The notes: a model not told the origin generated them from the letters alone. Numbered from the whole stretch's first letter, positions 14,059-27,501 are shown. The stretch: DNA of 63,126 nt, filler included, from Octopus bimaculoides (GCF_001194135.2; 7 parts of 7 records of this genome joined end to end with filler, not necessarily neighbours in it), one strand, 5' to 3'. Numbers and translations are program-made.

Positions 14059-14304
14059 GTATTTGTACTAGCAGAAATATCGCTCTGCGTGTGGTCTCTG
14101 GTAGCCCCTTGGTAATATTTTCACATTGATTCCCTTTTGTAATAATTTTTATATTTTATGTCAAGTTATTTTTTGGGTAAATAATAAATGATACCTAATT
14201 TATGTATCTTGTTCTGGATTACAAACCTAAGAAGTTCCTCTAAACTTTATTTTAAATATAGCCTGTCTCACTTACCTTCAGTTGTCTCACTTACCTTCAT
14301 ACAA

Positions 14305-14437
14305 TTATTTGGAGTGAACTGGAGCAACGTGAAATAAAGTGTCTTGCTCAAGAACACAACACGCAGCCTGATCCTGGATTCGAACTGACAACCCCGCGAT
14401 CCTAAGTTCGACGCTCCAACCACTGAGCAATGCGCCT
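14305..14437 (-). mobile_element. tRNA-derived SINE family D, 5' part
   Basis: Minus strand AGGCGCATTGCTCAGTGG (A box)...GTTCGAATCC (B box)...GTGTTGTGTTCTTGAGCAAGACACTTTATTTCACGTTGCTCCAG. A related copy starts near 21468. Confidence 0.75.
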
Positions 14438-15136
14438 TCACAATATATGCACACATATATACATATAAATATATAACAATTTAGAGCTGACAGAAATAAA
14501 TAAGAAATGATATTTAGCATGTATTTCAAAAAAGAAAAAACGGACGAGATAATATTAAATCCATTTCGATAAATACTTGCGTTGTCGAATTTATAGACAC
14601 TTTGTTTGCAGATATGAAATAGCATGGTAAAATTAGGAGCAACTCCAAAAGAGAAGCGGGATTATTATTTTGATATCACACAAAGAATAGAGAACTCTTT
14701 AAGGACGAATTTAAACGACAAAGAATTTACGAACATTGCTATACAAAAATGATGAGAGAAACAATTATACGTATCCTCACTAGATACCTCATCCTAAGTT
14801 GTCAAAGTTCCCTCCACCTTATTACATATTAAGCAAAACCTTGCAGTCAATTTCCATCCAATCAAACGCCTCCGTTTTAAGTAAGGAAATATGAACACAT
14901 TGAAAAAAGATGGTAGTCATGCCCGTAAATATGTACTAGTTCTAAACAGCTGTTGCGTGTAAATTCTTTTGTATGTAATGGCAAATATTCAATAATTCTT
15001 ACTTAAAAGTGAAGCAGCAAATTTCAACAAGTATTGTTATCAACAGTGCAGCGTTTCTTCTCTTTTACATATTTTCTCAATTCGAAGCATTTGCTACACA
15101 CTAAATTTTCTGAAACACCACAGGCGCGTGCGCACA

Positions 15137-15192
<56 letters not shown>

Positions 15193-15797
15193 AGTAATTA
15201 ATGAAACACTATATTCTTGACTGCTGAATAAATATATTTTTTCTTATGGTAGCTGGAGAGAAAATTTTATTTAATCTGTGATGCTAGCTATCGTGAAGGA
15301 CCATGCCATAATCTTGTAAGCGATTCCCCTGTGGCACTGGAGATGAAACCAACTAAGAAACATTGGTCGCGAGAGGACTATGCTTTTCATAACACTCAAC
15401 CCCAATGTAGTAGTTCCTCGAGTATTCCTTCATATTAGGACTTGTGACACTGTTGCAAATTAATAATGTATTAAAAATACATTGCTTTAAAATTCACAGC
15501 TCGCTTATCTCTGTCTATGATGTTAGCTCTCGAAAGATACAAAGAAAATGTTTCTGCTGCTTCAAAGATTCTGGTATATATTTTGAAGTCCAGAGTTTCA
15601 GTTCCATCGCCCCAAATGACAATTTCGTTCCTTGTTTCAATTTTAAGTATAATGAAACCGTTATTTGCAGTCTAGTGAAATATATACGTGATTAATATAT
15701 AGCAGTCACTTTTTGTTTAAAATACCATATTTTAATAATATACAATGTGTGAATACTCAAATATTCATACACACGTACATGAATATCTTAATGCATA

Positions 15798-16350
15798 TAG
15801 GGTGGGTGGAAAGCAACTGAGCATTAGAAATTAATTATAGATTTTTTAGTATCATTGAAGTCATGACAAAAACACTAATGAGGATTTTAAAAAAAAAATT
15901 GTTATCTTATTTCTTATTTTGCAGATAGCGGGTCGCAATTCTAATGTTTTGGTTCAAAGACGGTGGCGTGAATGGAAAGGTAACCATGTAACAGTACATC
16001 CGTAGACAATAAAAAGTTATGCAAAACTGATGACCACGGTTTCAGTAAACGATGCAACCACATCCCGTTCAGAAGAGAACATGGCAACAGTGCAGGAAAT
16101 GTTTAATCACAGCCGCTCAAAAACCAACATGCCAAGCAGCTCTTGACATTGAACTAACAGGACACACACTACATACGGCGTTGCATGAATAATTTGATTT
16201 TCGTCCGTGGAAATTTCACTACTTACAGGAGCTAAAATCTGAAGTCCCAGAAATCCAAGTAGTTCAGGTCTCACTCCATGGGATTTTTACCTGTAGGGTA
16301 CAAAAAGGAGGAGGTGTACAAGATAAAACCTCACACACTGGAGGTTCGAA
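15798..16350 (+). mobile_element. Decayed Tc1/mariner-superfamily transposase fragment, catalytic region deleted
   Basis: Reads VQRRWREW..., RSEENMATVQEMFNHS and FRPWKFHYLQELKSE, then jumps to SGLTPWDFYL*G...VYKIKPHTLE (SPDLTPxDFxLWG-like motif). The right TIR was not found. Confidence 0.65.
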
Positions 16351-16660
16351 CCCCCAAGAGTAAACAAGAGAGACAGAGATAGAGACAGTCAGAAACAAGG
16401 AAAATGCCCCTTGTATTTGAATGCTATGCAAATATTCTTTTAAATTCTTGTAATTTTTCTAAAATTTCATTGTTTTCCCTACTTATAGTTCAAAAAGTCT
16501 GAATGACTGAAACCGGTACTGAAACGTTTTTATGAAATTATTTTAGCATTTTCTACCTTGACATTTTTCCATATATATCAACACTTGTGTTCCTATTCAA
16601 CCTTCTACACACATACCCCCCCCCCCACACACNNNNNNNNNNNNNNNNNNNNNNNNNNNN

Positions 16661-16778
16661 AGATAGATAGATAGATAGATAGATATATAGATAGATATAT
16701 AGATAGATAGATAGATAGATGGATACATAGATAGATAGATAGATAGATACACAGACATACAGACAGACAGACAGACAT

Positions 16779-16831
<53 letters not shown>
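16661..16831. repeat. (GATA)n/(GACA)n microsatellite
   Basis: Direct reading. Confidence 0.95.
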
Positions 16832-16832
<1 letters not shown>

Positions 16833-18899
16833 GTGTGTGTGTCTGTGTATGTGCGTGTAGTGGAAGTTGGCTGTTCATCATTTTCTACATGGAATTCCTT
16901 GCTTCTTATATTCGTAAATGTACGATACTTGGAAGCAGGAAGCTGGAAGTTACTGAGTAATTCAGATCAGTGTTATAAATTGAATTGTTGATTGTTTCGG
17001 CGAGGATAATGTGTTCTATAATAAAAGTTGTTATGACACTTGAAGAGAATGTTCAGAAAAAAAGTGGAGAATTTAAAATAGATATATCTCATAATAGATT
17101 TAAACGGACTGGTGTAGCACTTTAGTACATCACGCACATTCTTAGCTGTTGTACACCGTCATAGATTTAAGCAATTACATATTTGATAGATTAAGATAAA
17201 GGTATTAGATAACCTTCTATATGTTGCTATGGTCATCCTATGAAATATTCATTATTGTTTGAATTAGTTTATGTTAATTCTACGATTTAACAAGCTGCGA
17301 AGAGATTTGCCAAGTATCACACTGTCAGAATGAATCATTATAATAGACGGATCTCACAATGGATCTTGCACTGCATCTTGCAAACAGTTCAATTCCGTAT
17401 CATTTGTCGACCACTTAATATCTATTTCGCAATAATCTTAAGCTATCTGAGGTCGATAGTCTTTCAACAATAGGCATCGTACAGATTTATGCAAATTTAT
17501 GCAAAATAATATCTCTGCGTTAAGAAGTACACACACATGCACACACTTAGACACACATATATATATCTATGAACTTAGCACGGTACAATATGAGTAAGAA
17601 TTCTACTAGGTAGTAATAAACTTCTAAGAAGATATTATTAAAACATACAGAACTGTTTCAGTGACAGCTCTCATTGAAGTAAATATAACTTGACAAATTC
17701 GATAATATAAATTCTGCAAAGATTTTTGTAAACGTAATATTTGTTTGTGCAATACAAAAGAAACCAGATTTTTAACAGGAATTTTCTTGTTTCTGGTAAT
17801 GCTCTTCCAGATCTTTTAACATAAAGTGTGCTAGAGATATCTGATGAAAATATCATACATTGGTGTGTGGGACAAATTACTGCAAATAAATTTCTCTGCC
17901 CCATGAATAATAAAAGGTTACATGGATTTAATATAATGTTTAAGAGACTATGTTGTGGTCAGCCAATCAGTTTGTGCTTGTTACGTTTTTGAAAAAAAAA
18001 TGTATTACATTAAATATTATACCTGTTCATGCACCACATATATTCATATAAGGTAAGATTATTTACAGGATTTGTAGATTACTTCTAGTTTACGTCTTCG
18101 ATCGTAAAACTGAAATTAGTCTGAGAATCCAGGTTTCAGCACCACGCTTACCAATGTGATTATTACTAGATCTGAGATTAGTGTTACTGTTAGTTTTAAT
18201 CGTAATGATATATGAGAATAAGTTTCGACATGCTAATATATTTTGGGGATGAATTACAACCGATACCAATGTTGGTGATATCCATCCGTTAAAAAACATG
18301 TGCGCTATGGTTTTTAACATTGTATTCCACACAATTTATGTTCCTCTAAGTATATCTTGAGCTGAATGTAGGTGGATAAAATTATTCAAGACATAACTCT
18401 GAATAACATTTATGTGAATTTCAATCTCTTATCTCACTTTAAATAATATTACCCCAAATAATTCTTTAAACCTAATAGATATTTTAAATTGTTGATAATA
18501 GTTACATTTAAGAGAAAGTCATTATCGACATCATATAATAGGTTTGGGGAAAATGAATAAGATTAGAAAGGTGTCTTTGTGTTGAAATTCGAAAATCTAT
18601 TAAATGTTAATAGACGCTGTATGAACAGATATTTATCATTAAATGAAGGAGTAGACCAGAATGAAATATCAAGTGCATTCCAAAATATAAATATCCTGCA
18701 TGAAATGTATTTCACTTCTTACTTCTGTAACGGTCATTACATTTCTTACGTCTTCCAAATAATATTTCAGGTTACACTAAAGATATGACTTGCTGAGGAA
18801 ATCAAATGAGATATGGGGTTGGTAAACAAACATTGGAACATTTTTGCATATGTCACATGTTTATATATCTTCCTTTATTATTTTATTTGTAGTAGTAAT

Positions 18900-19248
18900 T
18901 AGACTGCGACCATGTTTAAACACCACTTTGAACAGCTTTTAGTTGAATGAATCGAATTCAGGACATCTTTTAAGTCTGATACTTATTCTCTCAGGGTCTG
19001 TTACCGAATCACTATGTTACAGGAATTTAAAAACACATTAACACCCATTCTCAAGCGCTGGTGAAGTACAAATAAAACACGCGCACGCACAGAAGTATAT
19101 ACCCGACGGACTACTTTGAGTTTCTGTCTACCAAATCCCCTCACAAAGATTTGGCCGGACCTAGGCTAATTTAGGAGACAAATGCCCAAGGTGTCACACA
19201 GTGGGAGTAAACCTAGAACCATGCTGTTGGGAAGCAAAGCTTGTAACC
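18900..19248 (-). mobile_element. SINE family A, old copy
   Basis: TTTCTGTCTACCAAATCCCCTCACAAAG...GCCCAAGGTGTCACACAGTGGG...GAACCATG matches 35699-36105. Confidence 0.7.
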
Positions 19249-19753
19249 GAACTTTTCTCTGATATACATCTATAAAAGATTCATTATTTCTTGTACATTT
19301 ACAAAATATACATTGCAAGCAGGGGAGTGAACCATTGCCTGCAATACATATCGGGTGCAGATGGCATCGAAAAACCAGCTGGGAAGGGCATCCTTCTGGG
19401 GAGACAGTGGTATTGATCTCAGTTCTTACGGAACAACCAAGTTGAAGTGGCGATAACATTACATCTTAGAATAGTTACTACTTTCTGTCTTATAGTGATC
19501 CCATGTTTATTTAGGATATATTATTAGCAATGGAGTTTAAATTTTCCTTCAATATGAAATCGAAACATCCATATAGATTACACATTCGAATAATTGATAT
19601 GGAAGTTTATAATTTCTGATTATCCTGTCTTAGTTTATATCTTACATGAACCAAAACGTTTGAGTGGCAATTCAGCAAAACACGACTATTAATAAAACTG
19701 ATTCAACAAATCATAAATTACCATGTTGTTATTGCCTTTGTATATTCATCAAG

Positions 19754-19787
<34 letters not shown>

Positions 19788-20759
19788 NNNNNNNNNNNNN
19801 NNNNNNNNNNNNNNNNNNNNNNNNNNNNNNNTTAATTAATTAANNNNNNNNNNNNNNNNNNNNNNNNNNNNNNNNNNNNNNNNNNNNATTGGAGGTAGAG
19901 TTATTGGTGGAGTAATGGTACCAGTGGCTTTGTTTAAGACTATTTGAATACGGTAAAAGCGGCGTCAGCAGTAGTGATAATGGTTGGGGTAGTTGTCAGA
20001 TTGTGGTATTGTCGTTGGTGTTTTCCCGGCTGCAATGATTGAGAAGAAGAAGAAGAAGGAGGAGGAGGAGAAGGAGGAGGAGGAGGAGAAGAAGAAGAAG
20101 ATGAGGAAGGAGGAGGAGGAGGAGAAGAAGAATGATGAGGTAGAGAGGGAGTTGGAGTAGTGGCGCTAAGCAAACCAATATTTGTATAGTTATAGTAACA
20201 GCAAAGTAATAATGCTGGTGATGCTGGTGATAGTGGCTATGGTGGTGGTGGTGATTATGGTAGTACTGATAGTGTCGATGGTGGTAGTGGGGGTTATTGA
20301 TTATGCGACAGGTGGGAGGTATTCGTGTAGATGGTGGATTTTTCATTTTTTTTTATTTGTTTTGTTTTTTGTTGATAAGCAAATATGGGGGAGCCGATGA
20401 TGGTGTGACTGGTAAACCAATTACTTGCTTCTCGTAAACAGTTTTCTTGCATGACGTTCTGGTATTTCAGTTTGAAAGAAAAGTCGCATTAACTAGGAAT
20501 GGTAAATGGTTATGTTGTGTAATTGATGGGTGTGGTTGAAGCAAGATGGATTAACGTCGCCAAAGTATCATTAAGACGGTGTCATTGAGGCCACTTTGAT
20601 TATGTAGTCAGAATCCAATTCAGTGTTTCAAGTGATTTTTCAACTCTGCCCTTAAATTCTTTGTTGTTAACACGTTTAGATTGTCAAAGATTGAGTCCTT
20701 GCAATTTTATTTTAACCATAATGAAAGCATTGCCCCAACATGGTATTTACTAACTAAAG

Positions 20760-21200
20760 AACTAAAGCTAAGTTCGATAGCGAATTGGCAGAGTTGTTAC
20801 AATGTCGGATTAAATGCTTTGCGAAATTTGTTCCGGCTCTCTCTTTACGTTCAGAGTTCAAATACCGCGAGGTTAACTTTGCCTTTTATCCTTTTGGGTG
20901 GGGTTGATAAAATAAGTACCAATTGAGCATTGAGGTCGATGTAACTGACTAGCCCCCTCCCCAAAAATTCCAGGTCTTGTGTCTATGGTAGAAAGGATTA
21001 TTTTGCTGCACAAAGGTAGCAAGCTGGCAGAACCGGTGGGTAAAATGCTTAACGGTATTTCTTCAAATGCTGCCAAAGTCGACTTCACGTTTCATCTTTC
21101 GGGGTCGATAAAATAAGTATCAGCTGAGCACTGGGATCGATGTAATCGACTTGCTCCCCCACCCCAAAATTGCATGCATTGTACCAAAAATTGAAATCCT
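20760..21200 (+). mobile_element. Cluster of SINE family B copies and fragments
   Basis: Two heads (near 20778 and 21018), each followed by GTCGATAAAATAAGTA and GATGTAA(T/C)GACT cores. Confidence 0.75.
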
Positions 21201-21467
21201 TACTTTGCTGCACCGCCCTCCTTTATACTTAATACTAATAAAGATGTCTAACATTGCTTCATGGTCACACTGTTTATAGTGAAGGGTACAGCCGATTTAA
21301 GGTTTTCCTACAACGTTATTGGTACTTATTTTACCGATCCCACAGAAAATAAATGAAAAAGCCACCCTCAGGGAGAATTGAACTCAGAACTTAAAGGGAT
21401 ATAACTAAATTCTGAAAATGCATTTCATTCGATGTTCGTCAAATTCTTCTTACGATCTCTAGACTGT

Positions 21468-21710
21468 AGAGGCGCGTCATAGAGGTTAGGGTGTTGGACT
21501 TGTGATCGTAAGATTGTGGTTTCGATTCCTAGATTGGGTGATGTGTTGTGTTCTTGAGTAAAAAGAAACAAGATAACTTCTGGACCGACGGACCGTAAGG
21601 CCTACCCTCGTGTTGGATATGACCTTCAGACTACCTTTAAATGAGCCTCTACATGGTAGAAATATCAATTCTCCTGCATAATGAGCAGTGTAGTTCAAGC
21701 TATATAAAAA
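21468..21710 (+). mobile_element. SINE family D, degenerate copy
   Basis: GAGGCGCGTC...GGTTTCGATTCC...GTGTTGTGTTCTTGAG, homologous to 14305-14437. Confidence 0.55.
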
Positions 21711-22191
21711 GACGTGATGGTTATAGCTGAATTGTCTTAATCATAGGTCTGCTCCAGTGTTAACATGTACAACAACTATGCCATCACTACCACCACGCAC
21801 CTTATGAAACTATACTACATATTTTAATGGGCATATGGAGAGGTTAATGTTGACGTCATGTAGTGTCTATATGAATATAAAAATTGGGAGTAAGTCATCA
21901 AAACTATAGTTGTTTGTTTTATTACAGGCGTTGCGGTAAGAGGTGATGATATACGCCCTTTGGGTGGTCGTGTTGCTACTGTTTATGTTGATGATAGGAC
22001 CCTTTCATTTTCTTTTTGTTGTGCATTGTTATTGTTATTTTTTCCGTATTCTCGAAGAGAAATTATTTAAAATCATGTTCTACGACAAAAAGCCTTTAAA
22101 ATAATACAAGACGATATGATATACACATGTATATACACGTATAAAAACAGTATTATATAGATACGCAACTATATATATATGTATATATATA

Positions 22192-22225
<34 letters not shown>

Positions 22226-22488
22226 NNNNNNNNNNNNNNNNNNNNNNNNNNNNNNNNNNNNNNNNNNNNNNNNNNNNNNNNNNNNNNNNNNNNNNNNNNN
22301 NNNNNNNNNNNNNNNNNNNNNNNNNNNNNNNNNNNNNNNNNNNNNNNNNNNNNNNNNNNNNNNNNNNNNNNNNNNNNNNNNNNNNNNNNNNNNNNNNNNN
22401 NNNNNNNNNTAATTAAATTAAATTTCACAATATATAATATATAAATATATAATTTAGAAAAAAAAAAAACAATTATTTAATTCATCCA

Positions 22489-22694
22489 TGAAAATCCACA
22501 ATCACATATAGAAAAATTTAATAAGTAAAGACACGAAAAAGACCTGTAATAAAAATCAAAAAAGTACAAAGTAATAAATATTAAAATAGTAAAATATTTT
22601 AACATTTATTACTTTGTACTTTTTTTATTTTTATTATAGGTCTTTTTCGTGTCTTTACTTATTAAATTTTTCTATATGTGATTGTGGATTTTCA
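22489..22694. repeat. Near-perfect 206-bp palindrome (about 100-bp stem, 6-nt loop)
   Basis: TGAAAATCCACAATCACATATAG... pairs with ...CTATATGTGATTGTGGATTTTCA. About 3 mismatches; loop GTAAAA. Confidence 0.95.
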
Positions 22695-24003
22695 GTTCGG
22701 CATAAGAGACCGATAAAATAAGTATCAGGCTTTAAAAACAAGTACTAGTGTCGATTCGTTCGACTAAAAATTCAAGGCGGTGCCCCAGCATGGCCTCAGT
22801 CTAATGTCTGAAACAATTAATAGATAAACGATAAAAAAAAAAGGTACATACATATGCATAGATAGATAGATAGATAGATAGATATGGGTAGGTGGATAGA
22901 TGTGATGAATTTTACCAAAAGAGTAGATAAATGACTTTACCATAAGAATAAAGATGGACTCCCATTACACTAATTTCATCGTAGACTACATTGAGACCTA
23001 AACATCCATCCTCAGCTATACGACCACTCCATCAATGGTTAGATCGATGACACCTCGTTCACCAGCGAATAATCCACCTTTATCTTATTCATCAATAATT
23101 CCTACTTCGCTTTAGAATTCACATCCAGTATGAAGAACGCCCTCTATTAGCCATCTACTGTTGATTTCCACATCTGTTCTACGTGACACATTCAACCAGA
23201 ATCCGAAGTTTCAAAGTGTTTAACTAAAAAAAAATTGATTAAAAAATCTGTGCTTGAGATGGAACAGATCCGAATTTTTTAAATGTTATTCAGTGTTAGA
23301 TACAAGCGAGGGAAAGAGTTATTTTACACGATGTTATATAGTAGCAAATGGAAGAGGGGAAATTGGATTTTTGATATTACTCACATTTGACTCAAAGTCG
23401 TTGAGGAATTTTGCTAATTTTCTAAATGGAATTTGTATGTTACCAGATCTTTTTTTTTTTTTTTTTTTTGCCTCTATTCAATATTTACACAGACAATAAT
23501 TCAAACTATCCACTTNNNNNNNNNNATTTTCTAAATGGAATTTGTATGTTACCAGATCTTTTTTTTTTTTTTTTTTTTTGGTTGAGGTATTTGTTCCCGT
23601 TCTTTACGTTTTGGGTTCAAATCCCGCCGAAGTTAACTTTATCGCTTCGGAGTCGAAAATTAAAGTTCCAGTCAAGTACTTGATTCGATGGTTTCAATTA
23701 ATAACCCCTCCCATCAAAATTGTTGGCCTTTTTACCTAAATCAAAAATCATTATTTCAGATAAAACAATATATATTTTTTTTACAATTTTATTGTTCTTA
23801 AGGCAAATAATATACAAAAAAAAACAGTAAACCTTTAAAAATAGAGTACACGCATTCAACCCTTAACAAGTACAGTGAAATTACTTAACCCCAATCGTGA
23901 GCAGAGGGTAGTGGAGTCGTAGAATTCATCCGTTGCTCTACACCACCAGTCTTTTAGATACCTTTAGTGGAGTCCCCTCTATTACAACCATTCAAATCAG
24001 GCC

Positions 24004-24197
24004 TGTAGTCTGACTTCTCTCTTACCCACGCGAATCTGGGGTGGGGACCTGAAATGGAAGACATGGACACTGACTGTCCCTTTTCCTTGGACTTAGTCAT
24101 GTAAAGATCAAGTAAATAAATAAACTGTAACGCAACGTTTCCATTGGCCACGTTAGGGAGCCACCTCTCGGACAGTGGTCTTTCACCTTACACTACG
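24004..24197 (+). mobile_element. Possible solo LTR
   Basis: TGTAGT...ACTACG near-inverted termini and internal AATAAATAAA. No matching TSD, so support is weak. Confidence 0.25.
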
Positions 24198-24364
24198 GAT
24201 TCTCGCATAATGGGAACATAACGAAACGTATGATATATTTACCTTTGATATTTCTTTTTCCTACATCAACGAAAGATTTTCCAGCTCATAATTCCCCCTC
24301 ACCCCTCGCCTGACCACAAGCTCTCCCCTTCTCCATTTCTTTTTTTCTTTTAGCACCCGGTTCG

Positions 24365-24822
24365 AAATAATAATAATAATCCTTTCTACTATAGGCACAA
24401 GGCCCGAAATTTGTGGCAGTCGATTAAATCTACCCCAGTATGCAACTGGTACTTAATTTATCGACCCCGAAAGGATGAAAGGCAAAGTCGACCTAGGCGG
24501 AATTTGAACTCAGAACGTAAAGACGGACGAAATGCCACTAAGCAATTTTGCCCTGCGTGGTAAAGATTCTGACAGCGCGCCACCTTAATAATAATAATAA
24601 TAATAATAATAATCCTTTCTACTATAGGCATAAGGCCTGGATTTTTGTGGGGAGGGGGACAGTCGATCACATCGACCCAAGTACTCAACTGGTACTTAAT
24701 TTATCGACCCTGAAAGGATGAAAGACAAAGTCGACGGGATTCGAACGCAGAACGTAATGACGAGCGAAATACCGCTAAGCATTTCGTCCAGCGTGCTAAC
24801 GGTTCTGCCAGCTCACCGCCTT
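24365..24822 (-). mobile_element. Two head-to-tail SINE family B copies joined by a trinucleotide tail
   Basis: (AAT)n CCTTTCTACTATAGGCA...GCCACCTT (AAT)n CCTTTCTACTATAGGCA...TCACCGCCTT. CpGs are largely intact. Confidence 0.9.
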
Positions 24823-25271
24823 CAAAAGATTTGTTTCAGTTTGGAATTTGAGTTTCGTATTTCCAATACCATCTCATCCGCCATCATGTTGACATTGTGT
24901 CACTGTTGTAAAAGTTCCAAAACGGAATATGGATGATAAAAAAGATACTTTTTTAATATGAAAACGAACAAAAACAGGGATAAAGAACAAAGGAGAGGAA
25001 AGAATAAAAAAAACGAGTAGAATTATGACTGTAGTTGAGAATAGACAGAGTGGAAGAATGCCTATCAGATGTGTTAACTGATATAACATGGCTTGGAGGG
25101 TGGTCTCATGGCTGAACTTTGGCAGAGTTTAAATAGAGCTGTCTAGTCCTCTTTCACATACGCGCGCGCACACATCTCTCTATCTCTCTCTCTCCCTCTC
25201 CCTCTCACTTACACTCTCTCACACTCTCTCTCTCCCTCTATCTATCTATCTATCTATCTATCCCTATAAAT

Positions 25272-25325
<54 letters not shown>

Positions 25326-26172
25326 TACGTACATATCCATACGCATATACATGTACTAAGCATAAAAACATATCTGAATGTTTCATTGTTTTAGCTTTGT
25401 AGCCTCTTTCGCATACTTGTTGCTTTACTATTGTTTTGGTGTTTCTGTTTGTTGTTGTCTTCCTATACTGCAAGGATTCAAGGACTCACATATGTCATNN
25501 NNNNNNNNNNNNNNNNNNNNNNNNNNNNNNNNNNNNNNNNNNNNNNNNNNNNNNNNNNNNNNNNNNNNNNNNNNNNNNNNNNNNNNNNNNNNNNNNNNNN
25601 NNNNNNNNNNNNNNNNNNNNNNNNNNNNNNNNNNNNNNNNNNNNNNNNNNNNNNNNNNNNNNNNNNNNNNNNNNNNNNNNNNNNNNNNNNNNNNNNNNNN
25701 NNNNNNNNNNNNNNNNNNNNNNNNNNNNNNNNNNNNNNNNNNNNNNNNNNNNNNNNNNNNNNNNNNNNNNNNNNNNNNNNNNNNNNNNNNNNNNNNNNNN
25801 NNNNNNNNNNNNNNNNNNNNNNNNNNNNNNNNNNNNNNNNNNNNNNNNNNNNNNNNNNNNNNNNNNNNNNNNNNNNNNNNNNNNNNNNNNNNNNNNNNNN
25901 NNNNNNNNNNNNNNNNNNNNNNNNNNNNNNNNNNNNNNNNNNNNNNNNNNNNNNNNNNNNNNNNNNNNNNNNNNNNNNNNNNNNNNNNNNNNNNNNNNNN
26001 NNNNNNNNNNNNNNNNNNNNNNNNNNNNNNNNNNNNNNNNNNNNNNNNNNNNNNNNNNNNNNNNNNNNNNNNNNNNNNNNNNNNNNNNNNNNNNNNNNNN
26101 NNNNNNNNNNNNNNNNNNNNNNNNNNNNNNNNNNNNNNNNNNNNNNNNNNNNTATATATATATATATATATA

Positions 26173-26360
26173 TGGGAGAATATACAAAAAATAACAACAG
26201 ACGAGGACAGGTGGTGTAAATAACAAAAGTATATATTAGTATGACGCTCGGGAATACGGAAAGTCTTTGACGTTTCGAGCTACGCTCTTCAACAGAAAGA
26301 ATACGGAGACAAGGAGAAAAACACGGAGAAAAAAAATTGAATAGTGTTCAGTCAACGGTA
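26173..26360. mobile_element. (TA)n-flanked repeat with GACGTTTCGAG core, Penelope-like
   Basis: GACGCTCGGGAATACGGAAAGTCTTTGACGTTTCGAGCTACGCTCTTCAACAGAAA, homologous to 1717-1905. (TA)n on both sides. Confidence 0.5.
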
Positions 26361-26954
26361 TATATATATGGGGAGTTTGTGGCGATTAATACTTGAGCAC
26401 AACTGGTATTATCCATGCAATTAGTAAACAAAAACTCCTTCTGGCAACATATATTCACAAAAATGCCCCATTTATTAACAGACCCCTTTCTTGCTCAGTC
26501 TGTATCACACATACAACATACACACACACTCACACACACACACACACACACATACACACTCAAACTCACTTCTTTCTCATTAACATATACTAACACATAT
26601 ATGCATTCGCATATATGTGTTAGTATACACGCACACACTCACATACTTAAACTAAACAGATTACAATACACATAGGTTAATGCCACTCATAAAAGCAGAT
26701 TGCTCTTCTCTTGTGATTAAATTTTCTGTTATTAGTTTCATGCTATGAATATGAGGTGGTCTCGTCGATTGAATCGACACGAGTTCCTCAATTTATCGAT
26801 CCAGTAGGGATGAAAAAGATAGCTTCGTCCCAATTGGATATAAAATCATAATTTAGAGGTAAATTCTATCTTAGATTATAATTCAGCAGTCTGCAGATTC
26901 TCTAAATGCTGGGAAATATTTGTTAAGTAACAAGAAAAGTAACTTTCAGTAAAA

Positions 26955-27177
26955 CAGGTCGACATTGTTAAAACAAAGTGACTTTCTCAAAGGGCGATAT
27001 TCTGATAAAATATGGTGACATTCTATTAAAGCAAGGCGTTATTTATTAAAATAACATATCAACCTATTAAAACAAGGTGGCATTCTGTTAAAACATGACG
27101 ACAATCCAGTAAAATAGAGCAATATGTTGTTAAAATAAAGCGACATTAACATGAAGCGACATTTTGTTAAAACAACC
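26955..27177. repeat. Degenerate minisatellite of about 21 bp (GGTGACATTCTGTTAAAACAA-like)
   Basis: About 10 recurrences of GACATT...TTAAAA(C/T)A. Confidence 0.65.
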
Positions 27178-27501
27178 AAGAGATGTATTTAATCCAATAT
27201 TAACCTAAAATGTTAACGAAAGTAAAGGAAAGTTGGTCACATATTTTCTCAGTATATTCGCTGGAAACAATAAACAACTACCCGACCACTCCACTAAGCC
27301 CTCAAAAGAAGGTAACATCAGTAAAGCGTCTAAGATAGTAGGAAGAATATCTCAAAACCCTTAAGATTTGCTCCCTAAACGCAGAAGACAGAGTGAGGAG
27401 AGGCATTATCATCTACAGCTGGAAGATTCAGCGTTGAACAGTACTAAATTTCAGTGTACATTGTCACAAACACAAGCCCACGCACCACGAGTCCAAATAG
27501 C

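Noticed and set aside
14365-14437. tRNA gene
   Set aside because: A and B boxes are present but there is no acceptor-stem pairing, and the sequence runs into a SINE body. The same applies to 31355 and 57310.
19940-20400. Pro/Ser-rich, His-rich and hydrophobic ORFs
   Set aside because: They are translations of GAA/GGA/GGT trinucleotide mosaics.
23418-23580. Duplicated ATTTTCTAAATGGAATTTGTATGTTACCAGATC(T)n around a 10-N gap
   Set aside because: Probably an assembly overlap artefact at a poly-T tract.
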